This document shows positions 10,737 through 20,000 of a DNA stretch of 20,000 nucleotides, one piece after another (position 1 is the stretch's first letter; each line of letters begins with the position of its first letter). The position numbers were made by a program, and so were the translations under genes. The notes under the pieces are model-generated. The model made no database searches. It was not told where the DNA came from and was given only the letters and a program-made list of their open reading frames with translations. The DNA is taken from assembly GCA_001662655.1 (NCBI GenBank), contig KV460253.1. One strand, given 5' to 3'. The DNA is from Pseudogymnoascus verrucosus. Its lineage: Eukaryota.

Positions 10737-12310
10737 TGTGGTTGCGTGATCATTGTAGGGTTTGTGGTGGTTTCTGGGTGGTTGGAGGTGAGCTTGTGTC
10801 TTGTGGGTGTTTGATTTCGGAGGATTTGGTGGCGTTGAGTTGTTTGTTTGTGTTTGTGTTGTGTTGTTTATGTTCTGGAGACGTTAGGTGTCGTGGGCTG
10901 ATTCGGGGTTTGAGAGCTATATTGGTCTTATCGGTTGTTCCCTGGTTGACCCCTTCGTTATCGTAGTAAGCCCCGGCCCCGCTCCCGCCCCCACTGTAGC
11001 GAAGGCTCCGCCGCAGACCAAGGTTAGATCAGATCGCGCGACGCTATTTTATAACCCTGAACCAAGAATATGGACGGTGATGAATGATACGATATTTCCA
11101 GGGGCAGGGCAGGGCAGGGGATTTCTTCAAAACCTCAAACTCTATCCCCGCATTCTAATTGTGAAGTGAAATCGTGGGAACACTTGGTGGGGGGTTTTGC
11201 CCTTAACCTTTCTATTTTTGGCACAATTCACTGGTCGCACAAACGTTCTCATAAACGTATGATGGTAACTTACAACAGTTTTGGGTTCTTTGGAGATATG
11301 TTCATAGGCACGGTTTGGGAAATAGAGAGACTTCGTCATGAATAATATCAGGCGTCACATTCCCACGAGATCTACGTTGAACGCAAAATATGCATCCCTA
11401 TATTATTTCTCGGAGTCTAAAGGGGAATTTACAGATCAAAGACGGATACACGATTAAAACGACAGTATATATTATGTCCAAGCTCCAGGACCATGAATAT
11501 CTGTTCTTCACGCTCTAGAAACCATACACCATCAACACCACCGTGATTATTCTTGCAATTCTGTCACCGCTATCATAGTGCTGTCGTTGCAACCCTGCTG
11601 TCGTCGTTCCACCTCCCGCTGTCACTGTCGTCAGATTTCCCTGTCACCGTCATGATCCTGCCGCCGGAGCAAGGTCACATCTTGACCTTCTCCTTGGTTG
11701 ACGAGTTCTCTCAAAATTATATTCCTGTTACAGCCAAGGGAGCGAACCCACATGCTGGCTGGGACTCGTTTAAATGGCAGATGGCTAATAAGAGAGATTC
11801 ATGGGTCTTGAACTTACCTTTATATATGATGCGAGGCTCATCACACATGTATTACTGAATTCAGGCAGCTTCCGGTACGAATGTGGGTCGTTTCGTAGAG
11901 GGTGGTAGGTGAGTTTTATGAGTTGGTGTGAATTAGAAACTATCCCCTAGTGTTTTACCATACCTTAGAATATTTCTGGCCCGTATCTAGATGCTCGAAG
12001 TTCAGATGAATGATAGCGTGTGGTTGAACAAGTGAGGTACAACCTTCACAAATCTGAAGGCAGTCAATAAGACGTCACAAAGATGCGCCGAAAAACGACC
12101 TGGTTGAAAGCCACTGCATTGTTGGAAACTAAACCTCATCCCAACCACAAAATCCCACGCATCACCATGGTCCTCAACCTCCGCCGCCGAAAAGCAACCC
12201 TAAAATTACACTCCCCCCAAACCCTCAACGCCCTTTCCCACATCCCTTTAAGAAAACAAAGCAAACGCCCTCCTTCCCCCTCCACGCCCTACATCTTCAC
12301 AAACCCCTCA

Positions 12311-14366
12311 TCACAAATCCGCCTTCCCCCCCGTAACCTTACTAGCCTGCACCGCGCTCATTTTCGCGATCCAGCCCTGCGCGGGAAGGAACTTGCGCAC
12401 GGTGCGGATCTCATCGGACGCGTAGCCGGGGATGCGGATGTTGTAGTTGCGCTCGAGGATGAGCTGGATGTCGCGGATCTCGAGGGTCTTGGAGCCGCGC
12501 GCTTTGGCGCACTTGCAGGCCGCTGTGATGACTTGGTCGACGAACTCGTCGGCGACGGAGAGGACGCACTGGGGTGGGTGGGTTAGCTGGTGTGTGTGGG
12601 AGGGGGATGGGGTGGTAGGTTGGGGGATGTGTTGTGGGAGGTGAGAAAATTGAGGGGTTGGTGGTGATTTAGGGTAGATCGGGCAGTATTCTGAATGGAA
12701 AAGCAAAACTCACATCTTCAACCTCCGGCGTAAGCCCCTCCGAATTATCCAACCCCTCCCCCCCGCCCGTAACTTGCCTTATAAGCTCATCCAGCTTCCG
12801 TTTATTAAGCACCCTCTCGGCATCCCCCTCCACATTAAACCCCGGCGCCTTCTGCATAACAGGCTGCTGCATAAGCCCACTCCCACTCCCCGACGGTCCC
12901 CCCGAATACGTCGGTCGCGTAGGAGGCATCTGCATCGGATGCGGCGACTCCGTCGCTCTCGGCGGAAGAATTTTCGGAATCGGCATCAGGTTCGTCTTTA
13001 TATTCGGCGCGTCGCGAGGAAGCGAGGGGGGGTGCGAGTGGCTCGCCATCACGCTCGCCTGTCCCGTGCTAGCCTGGCTACTGGAATACGTGCGAGCAGC
13101 GTGCGCTACTGCATCAGAGTGCGTGAGTGGCTTGGGGGGCCCAACAGACGTTGCTTGGGGGGGGACGGCGGATTGTGGTGAGTTCTGCGCGGGTTGTTGA
13201 CGGTTCTGCATCTGCTGGATGTGCGGGGCTGTTGCGAGCGCGGTGTTCACATGGGGAAGGCCGCCAGGAGGAGCAGTCGCACTTTCCGTTTTTATGGCCG
13301 CACCACCACCTTGCACATTTTGCGCTGCGGGCATGCTGGCCGCGTTTGCTGCACCTATTGGTTGACTCTGGTTTTGTTGTTGCTGTTGCTGTTGTAACTC
13401 GTTCTGCTGGTTTGGGGGAGGGGCACTGGGACGGCCGCCGTTGACTTGCTGGTTTCGCCCTGCTTGCATTGCGGCCTGCACTGCTTCGGTTTGCGCCATC
13501 GCCTGGCTCTGTGCGGGCTGTTGGGTGTTCATTGTTGGGCGGGGAGGGATTGCGATGCCCTGCGGTGGGTGGGAGGGTTGCTGCTGGGCCTGCGAGCCAC
13601 CTGCTGCTTGTGCTGCTGCATCCGATTGTTGTCTCCGGAACTGATCAACGAAGCGCTTTGCATCGCCGTGGTTCTTCTGGAACGCCTCCTTCTTGATTTG
13701 TAACTCTTTCTGCTCTTCTGGCGTTAAGGGTTTCCCGCCCTGTGTCCTCACAGCCACCTGCGCCTCAAGTCGTTTGACTCCACTCGCCGTGTTCTCCATC
13801 GTAAGAAGCGCCTTCAGGTATTTTCCCTTTATCTCTTGAATCCACTGTGCCGCCTCTGCAGGACCTAAGGTTGATGGCGCAACGTATGGGAATGAATTCA
13901 CATGGTTCCGCATGTTTTCGGATACAGGTGGTCTCGCTGGGGCAGTTTGGGCGGTGGGCTGAGGCTGGGATGGAGGTGCAGAACCATCAGCTTGAGATTG
14001 CTGTGAAGGAGCCTGACTAGGTGGTCGCTGCTGATTTGGGTTGACCTGTGGTCGATTCGCAGTCGCCTGCATCTTATTGTGTAGAGTGACGGAGAAGTCG
14101 CGGATCTTCTTTGCCGCATCGCGATGCGCCTGGGTGTCGGGCGGGTTCGCCTCTATCTGCCTGTATAGCATGGCAAGGCCATTTTCCCACTTCTTCTTCT
14201 CTTCTATACTGAATTTATCGGGAAGCGCGCGCATGTGCTCTGGCTTGAAGAGCATACGAGGTTGTGCCTGTTGCTGGGGCTGTTGCTGCTGGGGAGGCTG
14301 TTGGAGAGACTGCTGGGGTGATTGCTGGGGTGGCTGCTGCCCTTGGGGATTCTGGAAGCCGTTCAT
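12311..14366 (-). CDS. TAF12: Transcription initiation factor TFIID/SAGA subunit 12; complement(join(12311..12568,12714..14366)), 636 aa
   Basis: The C-terminal histone fold is reconstituted across the intron: [15 protein letters not shown]...[62 protein letters not shown]. The N-terminus is long and Q/P-rich, as in fungal Taf12. The 145-nt phase-0 intron 12569..12713 has a GTGAGT donor, GCTAAC branch and CAG acceptor. Confidence 0.95.
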
Positions 14367-14727
14367 TGTCGCTGTCTGATAGTATGAATTCTATGTGATA
14401 GCGAAGTGAATAGTTTGGGTTGTTAACCCCGGCTCATCTGCGGCAGTGATTTAATGTCGAGAAATGAAGTTCGATGGTCTCACGGCCTCTCGCCATCGCG
14501 GTATCTCGATGGAGCTAAACTACATACAGCGACTAAGCACTCACCGCCTTTGGCTCCAAGTAACAATTCAAATGGCAACCGCGGCAACAGTCAAACAGCG
14601 CATATATCATGTGCATTGGATCATAACTTGGGTATCAATTCGTATATATTAAAGAAGCGTCAACAAATGAGCATTTGCTGATGTTGTGTTGAACGCGGTG
14701 CACCCACACCCCGCACATTGACACGTA

Positions 14728-15569
14728 TCATCGCAGCAGCCCCCCAAGGTCCCTCTCCATCCCCGACACCCGCTCCTCCAGCTCCCTCTTCTTCCTCTCC
14801 AACTCCAATATCTCCTCCTCCTCCAGCCTTATCAATTCATCCGTAATCACCGCATCATCCGCATCATCCCCCTCCTCCTCCTCCTCCGCCACATCCTCAT
14901 CCAGCCCATCCCCATCCCAATCACCCTGCCTATTCATCCTCTCCAGCTCCCTCGTCTGTTTCACAACCTTCTGCTCATAATGCTGTAAACTCGTCTGTAT
15001 CCTCGCATACCTCGACCGTAGCTGCGCAATCCTCTCCCTCGCCCCCTCCATCACATACACCTCCCCCAGCTTCTCCGCCCCCCTCAGCAGCACCTCCACA
15101 TCCAAGTCGCCCTTCTGCACATTCTCGCTCTTCCGGATCTCCGAATTCAAGTCCGCCCCCAGCACAGCAGCGACCGCTGTATTCCGCCGCGGCGCGCGAG
15201 AGGTTGTGGACGCGCTGGAGACGACCTCGCCGCCGGCGACGTTGAAGACGGTTTGGCGCCGCGAGGCGGTGCTGGCTGCGGTGGGGTCGGGGTAGATGGA
15301 GGAGTCGCGGGGGGGTGGAGGGGGAACGGAGAAGAGGGCGCGCTCGTGGGGCTCGGTGTCGCGGATCAGAGCTGTGATGTCGTGGGACGCGAGGAGGGCG
15401 TTGGTGAAGATTTTGGGTGGGGGGAATCTAGGGGGAGTGGTTAATAAGGCGGGTCGGTCTTTGGTGTTGGGGAGTTGGGGGGGTGGAGTTGTTTTGGCAC
15501 GTACGGGAGGGAGGCGATGGATTGGGCGGATAGGGAGATTTGCTCGAGATGGTTGGAGAGGAACGACAT
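14728..15569 (-). CDS. SPC34: DASH/Dam1 kinetochore complex subunit Spc34; complement(join(14728..15427,15505..15569)), 254 aa
   Basis: The spliced N-terminus MSFLSNHLEQISLSAQSIASLP|FPPPKIFTNALLASHDITALIRDTEPHERALFS carries the Spc34 signature (FTNALL...IT.LIRD....E..LF). The C-terminus is an acidic coiled coil. The 77-nt intron 15428..15504 has a GTACGT donor, TTAAC branch and TAG acceptor. The longer 338-aa ORF in the track is an unspliced read-through. Confidence 0.92.
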
Positions 15570-16195
15570 GTTTGTTGAGGGTGAGAGGTGGGAGGTGAGA
15601 GTGATACGTGGTTGTGGTGAAGGGGGGTGTTCCCTGACGGGTCAACAATGGGAAGGTGAGGAAGGTGAGGAGGGAGACGCGGGGCAGTGGACGCGATTTG
15701 TTTGCTATCGTGATAATCGGCAACAAGGGCAATGTAAGGTACAACGAACATGTAGTACTTGGGCGTATATGGTATGTACCTTACTCTTCAGTAACAGGTA
15801 ACTTTGCTTACAGTACTGGAACACGACATGACTGTATAGCATAGTATAGTTACACATAATAGTTAATAGTTATACTGTTCAGTCACATATATATATTATA
15901 GTTATACAGGCACAATTATGCAGTGCAGTCGCTGGTACTCTTCAAATACATGCTGCTGTGGACGACAAAGGCACTGTTTCATGACGTGCGCCAATCACCG
16001 CCGCCCCAACCGCCGAACCACATATTCGGGCCTCGATTGAGTTTTGAGATTTGTGATTTATCGTATTATGTATTATCGTATTATTTCCTTAATTTCTTAA
16101 ATATACTACATACGATACATACGCGTCTTATTGTTCATGCCCATCTATATATATCTCCATGAGACGTCATAGCTGAGACGAGGAGATTGAGACTG

Positions 16196-16214
16196 GCGTG
16201 CGTGCGTGCGTGCG
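16196..16214. repeat. (GCGT)n microsatellite
   Basis: Four full GCGT units plus a partial unit. Confidence 0.7.
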
Positions 16215-16819
16215 GCATACGTGGAATGTGTGTGGAATTCGATTCCCGAGAGCTGCTTGTGAGTGAGTGTCTGTCCTGTGCCTGTGCTGAGTTTAATGCC
16301 CCAATCCACCACCAACCACCACCATATATCACCCATTCACCCACGCACGCCCACGCCGCTGACGGACTTATATCACTTTTAAGCGCCGGTTGGGCAGTAA
16401 ACCGGTAAACCCACACCAAACTTTCATCGACGCCATCCATCCCACGATATCATTCCATCCACTTCCTTCCCTTGTGTGATTCCCCTGTGCGTGAATTTGT
16501 GTGTGCAGAGTGCATAGAGAGCCTCCTTCATTCAGCCTTCAGATCCCTTAGGTTTATTAGGTCTAAGTGTTCTGAGTGACGCTAGGTGACGCCGGGTCAC
16601 GAAAGGCGCGCTCGTCCTCTCATGTCTTCGCCCGAAATTGCGCTTCTGACAACGCACTTCACTTCGCTCACAGACATTATAGCTGGGTCGTGATATACCT
16701 TGATGACTATACATGGCCATAACCATGACCATAGCCACGACCGATACGGAGTATACTCCCTCCTTACTTTGTTTGCACTCTATCATGCACAATCACGCCA
16801 CGGTCCGATTTGCCAGCCA

Positions 16820-16856
16820 GCACGCACACACACACACGCCCACACGCACGCACGCA
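16820..16856. repeat. Imperfect (CA)n/(CACG)n microsatellite
   Basis: GCACGCACACACACACACGCCCACACGCACGCACGCA read directly. Confidence 0.7.
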
Positions 16857-17538
16857 GCAGTGGGAATCAAAATTAAAATCAAATGCTGTTTAGCTGTTAA
16901 TTGTATTCCCGCATGCGGCCAAGATTGTGGGCAAAATGGATCAAATGGGTGCCAGTGCCACAGAAACCAACCTACACAACCTGGCTGCTGCAGCCGCAAG
17001 AGAAAAAAAATATGTGTGGTGATTTCCCATCTGGCTGTGTTGCTGCCCGACTCCAAATTTCCCCATGGAAGCTTTTTTTCTCCCTCGCCCCCTTCTCAGC
17101 CATTGCAACCCGACGCTGCGGTTTCATACCGTTGCTTGGTGCCTTTTGGTGCCTCTTGCTGCATTTTACTGCATTTTACTACCTCCACGACCCTCCATGA
17201 ACCTCCACGAGGGCCCTCTTTAGATAATGTTAAGTACTGTATTATCTGTATCATCTGTACTATAACGGTACTAATGAAGTCAACCCCTGGCTCTTTGATT
17301 AAAGATCATACCAACAGCGGCTCTCCACGATAATCATTACCACGCACACAAGGGCAGGTGCGCCGAAACTGACAGGTTTTCGCGTTATATTTATCCACAA
17401 CTCTCCCACCCACTTTATCTGACCCCTCCGTGCTTCCTTCCTACCCTTTCCTCCCACCTTCCACCTTCCTCCCATTCCTCCCGACTGAAACCGTCCGCTA
17501 CAAAAAGGTTCCTCCTCCCCCTCACCTATACCTCTCCT

Positions 17539-17600
17539 CATATATATACATCCGTATATATATACACATATATACCCATATACATATATTTTATATATAC
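17539..17600. repeat. Imperfect (TA)n tract between CT-rich blocks; possible core-promoter region of the 18019 gene
   Basis: CATATATATACATCCGTATATATATACACATATATACCCATATACATATATTTTATATATAC read directly. Confidence 0.65.
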
Positions 17601-17868
17601 TGTACCTTTCCTCGGCCGTCGACTGCCCACCTCCTTCCTTCCCGTCAGCAATCAAAGCAATCAATCTGAAAAAAAAAAGAGTGGTGGCCACGACCCCTCC
17701 TCTCCCACCAGTCCAATACCCGACCACCACACTCTTGCCTGGAATTCCGGCCGCCGCCCTTATTACCTTTCCTTATCCAAGGAAGATCACCTCATAGTAT
17801 CCTCGAGAAAGCCCCCTAGAGAGAGCTCGAGCGTCTTACGTGCAACATCTATCCGTTTACTTCTTATC

Positions 17869-18006
17869 ATGAGCTGCAATTCCCCTCGACTGGATTCTCC
17901 TCTGTGGAGAGACCTTCATACCCTATCGCCGTCACGACCGATAGTACCAACAACCCAACCCGCAAACCACCCAGCCTACTCCAACGCCGACGACGCTTAC
18001 ACATAA
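17869..18006 (+). promoter_or_regulatory. Candidate 45-codon upstream ORF, in frame with the 18019 CDS
   Basis: ATG at 17869 opens MSCNSPRLDSPLWRDLHTLSPSRPIVPTTQPANHPAYSNADDAYT and stops at TAA 18004-18006, 12 nt before the main ATG. It lies downstream of CT-rich tracts that look like a transcription start region. Confidence 0.45.
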
Positions 18007-18018
18007 GAAGTCCCCAAA

Positions 18019-19056
18019 ATGTCATCCTCATCCGATTCCTCAGACTGGGACTCCGACTCCGACTCCTCGGACTCCCAGCCCAGCACCCCCAACGTGCGTT
18101 TCGCGCGCCGCCCCACGGTTCCCTCCTCACCGCCCGAGACACCCACCACCTCTTCCTTCCCGCTTGGCGAGCCTCCCCACCCCGCCTCTCGCCCCGGAAT
18201 ACGCAATTTCTCGCGGCCCCTCCCGCCGACCCACGACGAGATCCGCCCCGTCGGCCAAGGCCACAACTTCACCTACATCCCGCAAGTGCGACTCGAGGAC
18301 CTCAGCCCTCGCTCCTCCACCTCCTCCTCCTCGCGCTCCTCCCGCTCAAACAGTCCCGCCCGCTCCATCGACAGCGACAGCGACAATGAGCACCCGACCA
18401 TAACCCAGCACGCCTCCATCCAATCCCCGCTGCACCACAGCACGCGCAGCCTCATCCCAGCGAACTTCACACTCTCCTCCCTCCACGACACCGACTCAGA
18501 CGACTCAGACGACGACGACCTCTCCGTCATCCTCCCCGACCACTACAGCGACGCGGCCTCCTCCCGCGGCGCCCCCTCCGAACACTCCTCCTCCTCCTCC
18601 ACCTCCTCCCAACACACCCCCCCCACCCCCTTCCCCGCCGACTCCAAAGCCACCCGCCTCGCCGACGAATTCGAGCTCCTCGCCTGCGCCCCCCGCGACG
18701 ACCACGACGCCTGGATGAGCAAGCAGCGCCTGCTCAAGCGCATGAAGCGGCTCAGCTCGGGGAGTATACATAAGCGCACGCTGAGCCAGAGTATTGGTAG
18801 CGAGACGGACGACGAGGATATCAAGCCGTATGATGCGAATGAGATTGGGGCGAGCGCGAGCGGGCTGAGGAGGCTGAGGAGGAAGACGGGGGAGCGCTTG
18901 AGTCTTATTTTCGATGATCCCCCGCAGAGGATTGTGGAGTGTGAGGAGCCGGAGAGTGGGGAGGATGAGGTGGTCCAGGAGAGAATCCCGGATATGGAGG
19001 AGATGCTTATGTTGGCGCTGCCGTATTATGAGATGGATACGGATATGGGGTATTAA
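18019..19056 (+). CDS. Hypothetical Ser/Pro/Asp-rich, probably largely disordered protein (345 aa)
   Basis: Uninterrupted ORF with an AAAATG start context and strong C/G preference at third codon positions. Non-repetitive segments near the C-terminus (KRLSSGSIHKRTLSQSIGSETDDED; LRRLRRKTGERLSLIFDDPP) look protein-like. I recognise no domain. Confidence 0.75.
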   Translation: MSSSSDSSDWDSDSDSSDSQPSTPNVRFARRPTVPSSPPETPTTSSFPLGEPPHPASRPGIRNFSRPLPPTHDEIRPVGQGHNFTYIPQVRLEDLSPRSSTSSSSRSSRSNSPARSIDSDSDNEHPTITQHASIQSPLHHSTRSLIPANFTLSSLHDTDSDDSDDDDLSVILPDHYSDAASSRGAPSEHSSSSSTSSQHTPPTPFPADSKATRLADEFELLACAPRDDHDAWMSKQRLLKRMKRLSSGSIHKRTLSQSIGSETDDEDIKPYDANEIGASASGLRRLRRKTGERLSLIFDDPPQRIVECEEPESGEDEVVQERIPDMEEMLMLALPYYEMDTDMGY

Positions 19057-20000
19057 GAAAACGAAATACCCCACTACTGCCCGAGCCCTGGTGGCCTGAT
19101 GGCACAAAAAGCACACGATCAATGAATGACGGTGCAAAATGATTTTATGGAGGATTTTTAACGAAAAGTTTACGGATGGATGGATGGATGGGGAAAATGG
19201 CGGTTATGATCTTGGGTTAGTTACGACAAATAGAAATGGGGTCTCTCGGCGGCGCATTTTGGGAGGGGGAAGGCGGGGGGGTCCTCTCGACATCAGCGAT
19301 TTGTCGAGGGGCTTATCGGAGGAGGCGGCTTTTGTCTATTTGTTTGTCGTTTTTGGTTTGATGATGATGCATAGCGACATAGCATATAGAATCTTTGGGT
19401 ATAGAAGCAAGCATCTGGGATTGATACCCGGGTGCAAGTAGTTAGACAGCAATTGAGCGGCTTTGAATTTTTATTGTGGTTTGGGCGGGGGAACTGCTTG
19501 TGGTGTGCATGTGCTCGCTCTTGTTGAGTCATGGTGAGGTCAGGTCTGCTTGCCAGAAGCAATTATCATTACAACGACTCGCAATTACAAACTCTGACGT
19601 TTTGAGGCCAAAATTTCTCTATTTTCATCGGCTACTTAAGGTCGCCTCGCGCCCATGAAATATCTCTCTCGACATCATCTCAAATATATATATACCACAC
19701 TTCCCACTTTCTTTCTTTCTTTCTTTTTCAGCCTCCTGCCTACAGCTAGCTAGCTATCCACAGAACAGCTCCAGCTCCGAACAGACCCAACTCCGGGCCA
19801 GTCCGTCCGCCAAAACCCACACCAAAGCGGAAGCTAGTTTTTAGTGCTGTTCCTGGCAGGTGCTGGTTGGCTATATATAACTATCCAGTGGCTTTTCCCC
19901 GTCGACAACAACGGTTGGTCGACATCTTATACATATATATACATCACATTTTTCAAAAAAAAATTAACATAACTATTTTCAGTGTTGCCCGAGTACTACT

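Noticed and set aside
10334..10753. 139-aa Pro-rich ORF as a separate gene
   Set aside because: Out-of-frame read through the intron and first part of the ankyrin gene.
16713..17333. 206-aa Cys/His-rich ORF
   Set aside because: Runs through CA microsatellites and homopolymer runs, and the Cys spacing matches no metal-binding family I know; likely intergenic.
6458..19056. Idea that the five genes form a functional cluster or novel system
   Set aside because: They are unrelated housekeeping or regulatory genes (transcription factor, TORC2, TFIID, kinetochore) with no shared pathway; ordinary fungal gene order is the simpler explanation.
19901..19923. Small hairpin GTCGAC-AAC...GTT-G-GTCGAC near a TATA-like TATATATAA (~19872)
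   Set aside because: Too short to be significant; it may belong to a promoter of a gene beyond the window, which cannot be checked here.

Overview
Eukaryotic DNA from a filamentous ascomycete, judged from short GT-AG introns with CTAAC/CTAAT-type branch points and recognisable fungal genes. The window holds five apparently intact genes: a Usv1/Rgm1-type C2H2 zinc-finger transcription factor (+, one intron), an Avo2-like ankyrin-repeat protein (-, intron splitting the start codon), TAF12 (-, one intron), DASH subunit Spc34 (-, one intron) and an unassigned Ser/Pro/Asp-rich protein (+). The first 2 kb is decayed: an APH/kinase-like pseudogene with a frameshift, a nonsense codon and a lost catalytic Asp, then a TpA-rich RIP-like relic and three degenerate ~200-bp tandem units. 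I found no convincing new multi-gene system. The most unusual signals are regulatory or architectural. (1) One intron at the Avo2-like gene both completes the main ATG and creates the stop of an overlapping uORF. (2) A ~2-kb ATG-depleted putative leader with start-stop elements and uORFs precedes the zinc-finger gene. (3) An in-frame uORF precedes the Ser-rich gene. (4) A repeated C-rich to G-rich switch runs along the sense strand of the genes. All identifications come from my own reading and recalled family motifs; no searches were run.
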